In this document: positions 51,501 to 60,630 of the stretch, piece by piece | How positions within the stretch are numbered: position 1 is the stretch's first letter | Layout of the letters: each line of letters opens with the position of its first letter | Assembly (NCBI GenBank): GCA_965228895.1 | Contig: OZ245842.1 | Location: forward strand, 4,768,001 to 4,832,000 | Origin: Alphaproteobacteria bacterium | GTDB taxonomy: Bacteria; Pseudomonadota; Alphaproteobacteria; SP197 | DNA: 64,000 bases | Direction: 5' to 3' | Notes under the pieces: model-generated | What the model saw: only the letters and a program-made list of their open reading frames with translations | What the model was told of the DNA's origin: nothing | The model's database searches: none | Translations under genes and position numbers: made by a program

Positions 51501-51667
51501 CCGGCAGCCGCCGCGCCATGGGCAACACCGTTTTGGGCGGCATGGCGGCTGCCGTTCTGATCGGCATTTTCCTGATACCGCTGCTCTACGTGATCGTGCA
51601 ACACATCGTCGAATGGCGGCGCCACAAGGAACCCGAACAGGCAGAAGAAGCCGAGACGACCGTCTGA
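48524..51667 (+). CDS. HAE1-family RND efflux permease (AcrB-like)
   Basis: FFIGRPKFA, YPDISPP, GIVVDDAIIVVEN, SKNAIL, RFRAILMTS. Confidence 0.96.
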   Translation: MLPQFFIGRPKFAFVISILITLAGLISLTVLPVSEYPDISPPQVSVTATYSGATSEVIQATVGTPIETQVNGVDDMMYMSSTSSDSGSYSLTVTFEIGTDPDIAAVNVQNRVSLATPQLPSEVTAQGISVKKASTSMLMIINVSSPNNTYDATFLSNYVDINIADALSRVDGVGDATILGSQPYSMRIWLDPDRLAGFDLTASDVVLAIAEQNIQASAGSIGAPPAPSNQQFQYTIQTQGRLTHPDEFGDIIVQAFEDGSDVRVKDVARVELGAQFYSSFSNLDGQPTAALSIYQSPDANALDVANAVKAELEQLSKRFPEDMEYNVTYDTTRYVQATIDEVIETLLIAFALVVFVTFVFLQNWRATLIPTLAIPVSLVGTFAVLYVLGYSANTISLFALILAIGIVVDDAIIVVENVQRIMTDEGLERREATRKAMKQITGPVIATTLVLLAVFVPIGFMPGLSGRIYQQFAVTISVAVVISSINALTLSPALCASLLRSGTLTNKGPFGVFNRVFNKVRDGYTGIVVALARRAIFGLAILAAVFGGGYVLFNAIPTGFLPEEDRGAFFVNVELPDASSLPRTEAVVAQVEEVLAGLDGVQNIITIPGYSLLAGGTQSNGGFAVVVLKPWDERTGSALSINSIMGQAQAKLFGLATASVFVFSPPPIPGLGSTGGLNLEVQDEGGNTPQALAQAVNALVYNANQRPELSNIFATFSANVPQVYVNLDRQKAEAMGVSVVDVFTALQANMGSYYVNDFNYLSRVFQVIVQAESDYRSTVDDIGRIYVRSSNDEMIPLSTLVDVTTVLGPQQLNAYNLFRSAAVNGQQADGYSTGQALAAMEEVADQYLPQGFTFSWSGQSLQELEAAGKTTSLIIFAIVFVYLFLVAQYESWTMPFVVVLSVPTAALGALGLVLVVGSDINIYTQIGLVLLIGLASKNAILIAEFAKVRREEGAGIVDAASEAAKLRFRAILMTSFSFILGVVPLAIAVGAGAGSRRAMGNTVLGGMAAAVLIGIFLIPLLYVIVQHIVEWRRHKEPEQAEEAETTV

Positions 51668-51694
51668 GCTGCCGAAACGTCGCCGATTGTCGGG

Positions 51695-52189
51695 TTAGAG
51701 TTCGCCGTAAGCCGCGGTAAATCCGGTCAAGGAAATCGGCAATTGAATAGGCTGCTCGGCCTGCTCATAGATGGTCACGACCGCCTGGGTGCCTTGGCGC
51801 ATCTGTTCCAGGACATCGGCGGTCAGGCCAACCTGGGTCATACAGCCGTCGGGCAGACAGTTGATGAAACCGACGGTGCCCATGTCGGTGCCGTCGACCG
51901 ATAGGTTCAGGCCGCCAGGCAGCAGGATGCCCAAGGGCACGACAACACGCAGGAACGCATCGCCCTCGGGCGGCTTGACGACCAGGGCGGCCAACACACG
52001 TCGCCCGTCTTCCTCTCTGACCAGGTTCTGCACCATGGCGCATGGATTGGCCGCCGATTCGTCAGGCGGACACTGAACCTGCCAGTCGCCGTGGGTTGCC
52101 TTGACCGTGACGTCTTGCGCGGCGGCCGGCAAGGCGGCAAAGCCGAAAGCGGCCGCGGCCAAAAGAGTACCGACAAAATAATTCTTCAT
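51695..52189 (-). CDS. Invasion-associated locus B (IalB) family protein
   Basis: Signal peptide, HGDWQVQC, PLGILL, CLPDGC, ISLTGFTAAY. Confidence 0.88.
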   Translation of the reverse strand: MKNYFVGTLLAAAAFGFAALPAAAQDVTVKATHGDWQVQCPPDESAANPCAMVQNLVREEDGRRVLAALVVKPPEGDAFLRVVVPLGILLPGGLNLSVDGTDMGTVGFINCLPDGCMTQVGLTADVLEQMRQGTQAVVTIYEQAEQPIQLPISLTGFTAAYGEL

Positions 52190-52272
52190 AGATCACCCGT
52201 AAGGCGGTTGTGAGAGATAAGCACCGCGCCGCAAGATCAGGCGGCACCCTTGGCTGGATGCGCGGCGCCACT

Positions 52273-52328
52273 CTAGAGCAAGACCGCTCCTGATTGAATC
52301 AGTCAGGCGCGTTCGGTTCAGGCTCTAG
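52273..52328. repeat. Short CTAGAGC...GCTCTAG element (MITE remnant)
   Basis: Inverted CTAGAGC termini; the right end supplies the phaR TAG stop. Confidence 0.55.
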
Positions 52329-52972
52329 TCTGTTTTCTTTGCCAGACTTTCCAGCTGGCGTTGCAGCTCATTGATTTGTTCGCGCAGGCCCGCAAGGTCT
52401 TGGTCCTGCCCACCGGCCGTCGCGCCGTTTGCGGACGGCGCAGTCTCGGACGCGCCGCCCTCAGGCGGCATGCCGCCGTTGCGCGCGGTTGTTGCGGGAT
52501 AGAACATTTCCATCGCGCGCTGAAACATCGCCATGTTGTTCTTCACCATCTCTTCCATGGCATGGCTCTGGTCGCCGCCTGGAAACGGGAACATCTGGCC
52601 GAAGGTTTTGGCCATGGCACTGCGCATGTCTTCCTGATTGCGCGTGAAGTTCTCCATGCTCATCTCGAGGTAACGCGGCACGAAACTTTGCAGACTGTCG
52701 CCGTAGAAGCCGATCAGCTTGCGCAGGAAGTTGATGGGCAACAGGTTGGCGCCCTTGGCCTCCTCCTCGACGATGATCTGGGTCAGCACCGAGCGGGTAA
52801 TATCCTCGCCAGTCTTGGCGTCGAACACAGCGAATTCGATGCCGTCCTTCACCATCTGGGCCAGATGGTCCAAGGTGACGTAACTGCTGGTCGCCGTGTT
52901 ATAGAGGCGACGATTGGCGTACTTCTTGATGACGACAGTTTCGCCGTCGATGTGGTCCTTGGTCCGCGCCAT
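52325..52972 (-). CDS. phaR: Polyhydroxyalkanoate synthesis repressor PhaR (AniA)
   Basis: IKKYANRRLYNT, DAKTGEDITRSVLTQII. Confidence 0.96.
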   Translation of the reverse strand: MARTKDHIDGETVVIKKYANRRLYNTATSSYVTLDHLAQMVKDGIEFAVFDAKTGEDITRSVLTQIIVEEEAKGANLLPINFLRKLIGFYGDSLQSFVPRYLEMSMENFTRNQEDMRSAMAKTFGQMFPFPGGDQSHAMEEMVKNNMAMFQRAMEMFYPATTARNGGMPPEGGASETAPSANGATAGGQDQDLAGLREQINELQRQLESLAKKTD

Positions 52973-53015
52973 GGTTTCATGTCCAATAGCTTATCGGACG
53001 GGTATTATGGTCCAA

Positions 53016-53048
53016 ATGCTGCACTGCGAACAGCGCTTGTTGCAGCGC
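53016..53048. promoter_or_regulatory. Candidate PhaR-binding TGC-rich sites in the divergent phaR/phaC promoter
   Basis: ATGCTGCACTGCGAA and TTGTTGCAGCGC resemble the TGC-rich sites described for alphaproteobacterial PhaR. Confidence 0.45.
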
Positions 53049-53097
53049 CATAACAAAGCTGTGTCCGCCGCTACTGGCGCTACTTATACTGCTTGCC

Positions 53098-53433
53098 ATG
53101 ACCAAGGATCCCGATCTCGAGCAATTGGCCCGCGATTTCATGGAATTGTGGCAGGAGCAGGTCGCCGCCGCCGCGACCGACCCTGCCCTGGCCAAATGGG
53201 CGGAGGCCTGGATGGCGCCGCTGGCCGCCGCAGCGGGCGCACCGGGCGGTGACGGCCGCGGCCTGGCGTCAGGGCCCACGGCCCCTGGCGCTCCATATGA
53301 CGACATCCTTCGCCGTATGGATGAGTTCGCTGGGCGCCTTGATGCCTGCGAAAAACGGCTTGCTGCCCTGGAACGACAGTCTCAGCGCAAAGGCCGTCCC
53401 GATCCAGACAGCGATCGAGGCCGCCAGCGCTGA
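53098..53433 (+). CDS. Small coiled-coil protein, possible PhaE-like partner
   Basis: DLEQLARDFMELWQEQ N-terminus and RRMDEFAGRLDACEKRLAALE coiled coil; immediately before phaC. Confidence 0.65.
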   Translation: MTKDPDLEQLARDFMELWQEQVAAAATDPALAKWAEAWMAPLAAAAGAPGGDGRGLASGPTAPGAPYDDILRRMDEFAGRLDACEKRLAALERQSQRKGRPDPDSDRGRQR

Positions 53434-54460
53434 GGACCTGGCCCGCGCGCTGCATGGCGAAGCCACACAGCGCATGGCGGACTTCCTGGCCGGCGTCAAA
53501 GCCTATCGCCATCACCCCTACCGGCGCGCCGCCGTCGATCCCGACCCCATCTGGACGGCCGGCGGCGCCAAGCTGCGCGACTACGGCGGCAAAGGCCGGC
53601 CGGTCCTCCTGGTCCCCTCACTGATCAACCGCGCCTATATCCTGGACCTCGACACCAAGAACAGCCTGGCGCGCTATCTCAAACACCGTGGCTGGCGCCC
53701 GCTGCTGATGGATTGGGACGCGCCGGGCGACGCCGAAAGAGGGTTCGATCTGGACGACTACATCCTGGGCTATCTGGCCCAGGCGCTTGGCGAGGCCCGC
53801 AAGCTGGGCGATGCGCCGGTGCCGGTCGTCGGTTACTGCATGGGCGGTCTGCTGGCGCTTGCCCTGGCGCAGCATCATGGTGCCGACGTCGCCGGCTTGG
53901 CCCTGCTCGCGACCCCCTGGGATTTCCACGCCGACCGCAGCGGTCAGGCCGGGTTGTTCGCCATGGCCGCGCCCCAGGTCGAGGCTGCCGGCAAGACCGA
54001 CGGCATGATCCCGGTCGACGTGCTGCAGATGATGTTCGCCTCGATGTCGCCGAGCCTGATCCAGGCGAAGTTCCGCCGCTTCGCCGGCATGGACCCTGCG
54101 AGCGAGCAGGCCCAGGCCTTTGTCGCCCTGGAAGACTGGCTCAACGACGGCGTGCCGCTGACCGGACCGGTCGGCCGGGCCTGCCTGCACGGCTGGTATG
54201 GCGAGAACCTGCCGGGCCGCGATCGCTGGGAAATCGGCGGACAGATCATCAAGCCCGAAGCCGTCGACCTGCCGGCGCTCGTCGCCATTCCCCGGCGCGA
54301 CCACATCGTGCCGCCGGGAAGCGCCCAGCCCTTGGCCGACCGCCTGCCCCAGGCCGAGGTCATGACGCCGGCGGCCGGCCATATCGGCATGGTGGTCGGG
54401 CGCCGGGCGCGCGAACAGCTGTGGCGCCCGCTCGACGCCTGGCTGCGCAAAACCGTGTGA
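53249..54460 (+). CDS. phaC: Short (class III-like) PHA synthase / alpha-beta hydrolase; start uncertain (53249 or 53474)
   Basis: VPSLINRAYILDL, lipase box GYCMGG, D in RRDHIVP, H in AGHIG. Confidence 0.8.
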   Translation: MTAAAWRQGPRPLALHMTTSFAVWMSSLGALMPAKNGLLPWNDSLSAKAVPIQTAIEAASAEDLARALHGEATQRMADFLAGVKAYRHHPYRRAAVDPDPIWTAGGAKLRDYGGKGRPVLLVPSLINRAYILDLDTKNSLARYLKHRGWRPLLMDWDAPGDAERGFDLDDYILGYLAQALGEARKLGDAPVPVVGYCMGGLLALALAQHHGADVAGLALLATPWDFHADRSGQAGLFAMAAPQVEAAGKTDGMIPVDVLQMMFASMSPSLIQAKFRRFAGMDPASEQAQAFVALEDWLNDGVPLTGPVGRACLHGWYGENLPGRDRWEIGGQIIKPEAVDLPALVAIPRRDHIVPPGSAQPLADRLPQAEVMTPAAGHIGMVVGRRAREQLWRPLDAWLRKTV

Positions 54461-54477
54461 GACTTCCGCGACACCCG

Positions 54478-54499
54478 TCATTTCGCACCTGCGAAATGA
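54478..54499. promoter_or_regulatory. 22-bp palindrome upstream of phaA, candidate operator (possibly PhaR)
   Basis: TCATTTCGCA-CC-TGCGAAATGA. Confidence 0.55.
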
Positions 54500-54556
54500 A
54501 TGCAAATGTCCTATATAGAAACCACACCATCAGTGAAGCAGGGAGTGGACCCAGTC

Positions 54557-55729
<1,173 letters not shown>

Positions 55730-55907
55730 TCGACCGTTGTTTCGGCCGGCGCCATCGCGTGCCGGTGTGACGGAAGTCATGGCGGGTTCGAACGTGCTGG
55801 ACTCGTTGAAGCAGGCGCGTTAGACGCCTGTCATAAGGTTGTGGTGACGTGGCGGCGGGGGGCGTGAGCCGACCCGCCGTCCGTCGTTTAGAGGTTAGGG
55901 GATAATC

Positions 55908-56630
55908 ATGGGACGAGTAGCATTGGTGACAGGCGGCACCCGCGGCATCGGGGCGGCCATCGCAACATCATTGAAGGACGCGGGCTATACGGTCGCCGTC
56001 AACTACGGCGGCAACGACGAGGCCGCAAAAGCGTTCACCGCCGAACACGGCATTCCCGCCTTGAAGTGGGATGTCGCCGATCACGAGGCCTGCGTCGCCG
56101 GTGTCGCCCAGGTCGCCGAACAGGTCGGCCCGGTCGAGGTGCTGATCAACAACGCCGGCATCAGCCGCGACGGTTTCTGCCACAAGATGAGCGCCGAGGA
56201 CTGGGACCGGGTGATCAACGTCGACCTGTGCTCGTGTTTCCATATGTCGCACGAAGTCCTGAACGGCATGCGCGGCGCGAACTTCGGGCGCATCGTCAAC
56301 ATCAGCTCGATCAACGGCCAGGCCGGCCAGCTGGGCGTCGCCAACTATGCCGCCGCCAAGGCCGGCATGCTGGGCTTCACCAAGGCGGTCGCACTGGAGA
56401 ACGCCCGGAAGGGCATCACGGTCAACGCCATCTGCCCGGGCTATATCGCGACCGACCTGATCGCCGGCGTCTCCGACGACATGATGGCGAAGATCGTCGC
56501 CGGCATCCCGGTGGGCCGTATCGGCGAGGCCGACGAGATCGCGCGCTGCGTCCTCTTCCTGGTCAGCGACGACGCCGGCTTCATCACCGGCTCGACGCTT
56601 TCGGTCAACGGCGGCGCCTATATGGCATAG
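55908..56630 (+). CDS. phaB: Acetoacetyl-CoA reductase
   Basis: TGGTRGIG, NNAGI, NYAAAKAG; follows phaA. Confidence 0.93.
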   Translation: MGRVALVTGGTRGIGAAIATSLKDAGYTVAVNYGGNDEAAKAFTAEHGIPALKWDVADHEACVAGVAQVAEQVGPVEVLINNAGISRDGFCHKMSAEDWDRVINVDLCSCFHMSHEVLNGMRGANFGRIVNISSINGQAGQLGVANYAAAKAGMLGFTKAVALENARKGITVNAICPGYIATDLIAGVSDDMMAKIVAGIPVGRIGEADEIARCVLFLVSDDAGFITGSTLSVNGGAYMA

Positions 56631-56656
56631 GGCGGCCGCGGTTCAGACCTTCGCCG

Positions 56657-56771
56657 CCCCCTCACCCTGCCCTCTCCCCAAGGGGAGAGGGATCCTGTCG
56701 CCATCCGTTCTTCCCCTCGCCCGCTTGCGGGAGAGGGAGGGGCCCAGCGCGAAGCGCTGGGAGGGTGAGGG
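56657..56771. repeat. REP-like multi-hairpin element (CCCTCACCC..CCCTCTCCC/GGGAGAGGG..GGGTGAGGG type)
   Basis: Outer CCCTCACCCT/AGGGTGAGGG arms with three inner hairpins. Confidence 0.75.
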
Positions 56772-56825
56772 TCAGATCGATCGGCTCCCTCGGATCACAA
56801 ACGTTGGCGCGCTAAACTGGCGTCC

Positions 56826-57809
56826 ATGAAGAAGCGCTTCGTCTTTGCCCGCGAACCGGAGCCGGGCGCTGATTGGCTCGCCCGCTTCAATACCGGTCGC
56901 GAGGAGGCCGAACGCTGGTATCGTGGCGAAGGCTTGTCCGATCCGCCCAGCGCCGCCGCATGCCGTGCGGCGCTCGCCCGCCACATGCCGGAACTTCTGG
57001 CGCCCTATGACCACGCCTGCGCGCTGGTCGACGATGACGACATCGCGCACCGCATCCTCAGCCACTACCGCCCGCCTCCGCTCGTGACAGGATGCAGTCA
57101 GGCGGTCTGGCTTGACGATGACGGCCCGGCACTGGTGCGCAATTACGACTTCCCGCTCGACGCCGTCTCCGACGATTTCGAATCGACGTCCTGGATCGGC
57201 CGCGAGGTCATCTGTAAGGCGCAACGACCTTGGGGCGGCTGTCTCGACGGCATGAACGCCGATGGCCTCGTCGCCAGCCTCACCTTCGGCGGCGGACAAG
57301 ACCAGGGTGAAGGTTTCTCCATCATCCTGATCCTGCGTTATGTGCTGGAGACCTGCCGCCGTGTCGACGAAGCCGTCGCCACGCTTTGCCGCATCCCCGT
57401 CGCGCTCACCCAGAACGTCACCCTGATCGATGCGGCGGGCGCGTACGCGACGGTCTATCTTGGTCCAAGTGGGTCACCCGCTGTCACCAAGGATCGCTTC
57501 TGCACCAACCATCAGGAACAGATCACCTGGCCTGAACATGCTGCGCGCAGCCAGACCGTGGAACGGCGCGCCCATCTCGAAGCACTGCTCGGCGACCCCA
57601 CCATGACGCTCGACGAGCTCACCACCCGTTTCCTCGAACCGCCGCTCCATTCCCGCCGCGCGGCGTTCCCGACAGTTTACACCGCCGTCTACCGCCCGGC
57701 CGAGCGGCGGGTTGAGTATGTCTGGCCTGGCCACACCGTCCGCCAACACATCGGCGGTTTCGACGAGCTCGCCTACACCCACGACTTCGGTGAGCTTGAA
57801 CGAGATTGA
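56826..57809 (+). CDS. Peptidase C45 / Ntn-hydrolase family protein
   Basis: G|CSQ autoprocessing site, RNYD, DGMNADGL, TNHQ. Confidence 0.85.
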   Translation: MKKRFVFAREPEPGADWLARFNTGREEAERWYRGEGLSDPPSAAACRAALARHMPELLAPYDHACALVDDDDIAHRILSHYRPPPLVTGCSQAVWLDDDGPALVRNYDFPLDAVSDDFESTSWIGREVICKAQRPWGGCLDGMNADGLVASLTFGGGQDQGEGFSIILILRYVLETCRRVDEAVATLCRIPVALTQNVTLIDAAGAYATVYLGPSGSPAVTKDRFCTNHQEQITWPEHAARSQTVERRAHLEALLGDPTMTLDELTTRFLEPPLHSRRAAFPTVYTAVYRPAERRVEYVWPGHTVRQHIGGFDELAYTHDFGELERD

Positions 57810-57812
57810 CGG

Positions 57813-58496
57813 TCAACATCGCGGCGGACGGTCCGAGCAATGGTAGAAGACGAGGTACCGCCCGACCGTCGAATTGTCGTCGATCACGTTGTAGGGCCAG
57901 TATCCCCAGCCCTCGCTGTGGCGGCTTGCTTCTTCGCCCTCCATCAGCATTTCCTCGATGAAGTCGCAATCTTGCGTTCTGCGCTCTGGTTGGACCGCGA
58001 TACCGCGCCTTTTGGCGATCCCTTCCGCGACTTGTCGAGAGACGTTCCAGAGATAGTCCGTTGGAATCATGCGAAGCGCAGGTCGAACGTCGATGTGACG
58101 GTCTCCGAAACGCCGGACGGAATTGGGGCCCAGCCATGACACGAAGAAGTCATGAAACTCGTCGGTTGCTTCGACCGTCATAGGCCCGATGAGCTCACTC
58201 CACTCTCTCCCATAGTGCTCCCGGTCGCGACACAATGGGTGGAACGCCGACCAGCCATGGGCGAACCAGATGACATGAAAGACGACCACCCATGGCAAAG
58301 CGAAGGCGACCCACGTGACTCTTGGCGGTGACATAAGCCACCGAAGAAAACGCCAGACCCACACAAAACCGCACCCGATCAATCGAAGAGGTGCGAAGGC
58401 GATTAGAATGGGTAACGCCAGAAACATGATGGCCGGCTTCGGTCTGTGGTCCGAGACACCATCACGTGCAGGAGACCGCCTATTGCCTCTCAACAT
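57813..58496 (-). CDS. Membrane protein, putative immunity paralog 6 (cassette 2)
   Basis: HVIWFAHGWSAFHPLC, LIGPM, VRPAL, CDFIE, GWGYWPYN. Confidence 0.8.
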   Translation of the reverse strand: MLRGNRRSPARDGVSDHRPKPAIMFLALPILIAFAPLRLIGCGFVWVWRFLRWLMSPPRVTWVAFALPWVVVFHVIWFAHGWSAFHPLCRDREHYGREWSELIGPMTVEATDEFHDFFVSWLGPNSVRRFGDRHIDVRPALRMIPTDYLWNVSRQVAEGIAKRRGIAVQPERRTQDCDFIEEMLMEGEEASRHSEGWGYWPYNVIDDNSTVGRYLVFYHCSDRPPRC

Positions 58497-58512
58497 GCCA
58501 GATTGCTGCTCA

Positions 58513-59196
58513 TTACGGCGCGGAACCCGGCTTGTGGTAAAAGACGAGGTACCGCCAGAACGGTGATCGGAAGTCCTCGAATTCGTTGTAGGGCCAATAG
58601 CCCCAGCCGGTGCTGTAGCCTTCGGCCTTGCCGCCTTCCATCACCCTCTCTTCGACAAGGCTGCAGTCCGTGGGGCTGCGTCCTTGTTCGTCGACGATAC
58701 CCTGCTCGGCCGCGAGCTTTTGAGCGACCTTACCGCTGTGGTTCCACAAGAGATCGGTGGGCATCAGACGCAACGCCGGACGTACATCGATCTGATTTGT
58801 GCCAAAACGCCGAACGGAGTCCGGACCCAGCCATGCCACAAAGAAATCATAGTACGCATCCGTCGCCTCGACCGTCATGGGCCCCATGAGTTCCTGTCGC
58901 GGATACCCTTCCTCGCTCCAACACAACGGTCTAAAGGTGGCCCAGCCATGGGCAAACCAGACCACGTGGAAGACGACGATCCAGGGCAAGGCAAAGGCGA
59001 CCCAAACGACGCGCGGCGGCGTCAGAAGCCAATGCATGAAACGCCAACACCAGACAAAACCGCACCCGACCAGTCGGAACGGTTCGAACGCGATCAGAAG
59101 CGGCAGGGCCAGAAACATGATCGCCGGTTTCGGCCGTCTACAGGCCGGTCCATCTTCTCGTTTAGGCGAGCCGCGCTCCTGAGATTCGTCTGGCAT
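58513..59196 (-). CDS. Membrane protein, putative immunity paralog 5 (cognate position, cassette 2)
   Basis: HVVWFAHGWATFRPLC, LMGPM, CSLVE, GWGYWPYN; starts 2 bp after the toxin 2 stop. Confidence 0.8.
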   Translation of the reverse strand: MPDESQERGSPKREDGPACRRPKPAIMFLALPLLIAFEPFRLVGCGFVWCWRFMHWLLTPPRVVWVAFALPWIVVFHVVWFAHGWATFRPLCWSEEGYPRQELMGPMTVEATDAYYDFFVAWLGPDSVRRFGTNQIDVRPALRLMPTDLLWNHSGKVAQKLAAEQGIVDEQGRSPTDCSLVEERVMEGGKAEGYSTGWGYWPYNEFEDFRSPFWRYLVFYHKPGSAP

Positions 59197-59198
59197 CG

Positions 59199-60437
59199 CT
59201 AGGAGTGATGCCGGTCAAGGTCACGCCACGTAAACGTCGACAGCTCTGGGGCGGGAACCCCGTCGCGCAGCACGATCGTGCCAATCAGTTCCGCGAGGTG
59301 GCGCGATCGGAGTTTGAACTCGGCTGCCGGGCCCAATCTGGCAAGCGACTTCAGGTTAATGTTGGTTATCGTCGGTCCGTCAGAGAAGAACGTCGATACA
59401 AACATCGCCGTGAATCCTACGCCTTCAAAGTCGTAGGGTTCGTCTAGTTCAAAGGACACGACTCCGCTGACGTGGATTTCGTCTCCTTGTCGTTCGAATT
59501 GAAGCTGACCATAGCCTTTGATCTGCCCCGTTCCAAAGACAAGGGAGCTATCCAGATTCTCCTGGTTGATGAGATCGCGATCGAACGTTCTGGACCACCA
59601 GACGCTACTTCCCTCTCTCGGTTTGCCGATTTCAAGCACCTCTCCATCGGCAAGCTCCATGAAAGGCGCACCGATTGACTTGTCCTCCTCCAAACCGACT
59701 AACCAGTCTGTGAAGAGACTTCGCACCTCTACTTCGGCTGTGGCAGCGGGACCGTGGTCGCGGACCGTCGACCAGTCCAGGCCGACCACGCCACCCACTC
59801 CATCCAGGTAACGGCGCAGGTACTTCACCGCCATCGTCAAACCACGACGCTCACCAGCTCTAAGCAAGCCCTCGACGCCTTCGGCGATATGTCGGATCCT
59901 CTGCTCTCGTTCGGCCTTTGCGCTTCCCGCCTGTGGACCGCGAGGGAAGATTTGGCGTTCTTGCTTCAGGCCCGTTTCATCGGCATCTGTGTCCGGTTGA
60001 GCTTGGGCGGCCTCTGCGGCGACCTTGCGCTGCCGCAACTGCCCAGTGCCATCATCAAGACTGGCTCCGTCTCCCGAACCTCTCTGACGAGTTCGCCTCG
60101 CACGCGTAACGTCGGATGATGGAGTAACGGGCCGCTCAACCTCTTCCCCCCGCCTGATCCGCCGCTCGCGGTCGCGGTCGAAAGGTTCGAGGTCGGTGAC
60201 GAAGACATCGGGGCGGCCGATCCTGAGGCCCTCGCGCGGCTCGCCGGAGGGATCGTCGTAGACGCGGCGGTATTGGCGCTGGACGAAGTGGCGGTAGTCC
60301 GGGTCGTTCTTCTGGTTGCGCTCGTCGGTCATCAGCAGACGCAGATCGGCGCTTAAGCGCCGTTCGGTCTCGTCGGGGGTCTCGTTCTTCTTCTTGCGGC
60401 GCGGATGGGGCCGGAGGGGATCGTGCTTGAAACGCAT
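59199..60437 (-). CDS. Putative toxin 2, homolog of 39462-40841
   Basis: Start MRFKHDPL aligns with MPQRDDPL; shared DPDYR..QxRRVYDDPSG, LRIGRP, LEPFD..RERR and DExYDFE motifs. Confidence 0.65.
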   Translation of the reverse strand: MRFKHDPLRPHPRRKKKNETPDETERRLSADLRLLMTDERNQKNDPDYRHFVQRQYRRVYDDPSGEPREGLRIGRPDVFVTDLEPFDRDRERRIRRGEEVERPVTPSSDVTRARRTRQRGSGDGASLDDGTGQLRQRKVAAEAAQAQPDTDADETGLKQERQIFPRGPQAGSAKAEREQRIRHIAEGVEGLLRAGERRGLTMAVKYLRRYLDGVGGVVGLDWSTVRDHGPAATAEVEVRSLFTDWLVGLEEDKSIGAPFMELADGEVLEIGKPREGSSVWWSRTFDRDLINQENLDSSLVFGTGQIKGYGQLQFERQGDEIHVSGVVSFELDEPYDFEGVGFTAMFVSTFFSDGPTITNINLKSLARLGPAAEFKLRSRHLAELIGTIVLRDGVPAPELSTFTWRDLDRHHS

Positions 60438-60460
60438 GGATGCCTCGCGTGTCAGGCTAC

Positions 60461-60475
60461 GTTCAGTGGATGTTC
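60461..60475 (-). promoter_or_regulatory. Alphaproteobacterial LexA (SOS) box
   Basis: GTTC-AGTGGAT-GTTC, 23 bp upstream of the toxin 2 start. Confidence 0.72.
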
Positions 60476-60630
60476 CGACTCCATGATACACCTCTTTAAG
60501 GGGAAAAAGCGCCTTAATATGCAATCTTACTGAATTCTGGATTCGGAATGGGACGCAAACGTGGCGCGGGCGTGACCCTTTGCGGGCCGCTTGCCCGCAG
60601 GGCGCGGGCTCTGTCATGCTCGCGCCCGTC

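Noticed and set aside
56826-57809. C45 peptidase as the toxin-processing protease
   Set aside because: It is convergently oriented and has no counterpart at cassette 1, so adjacency alone is insufficient.
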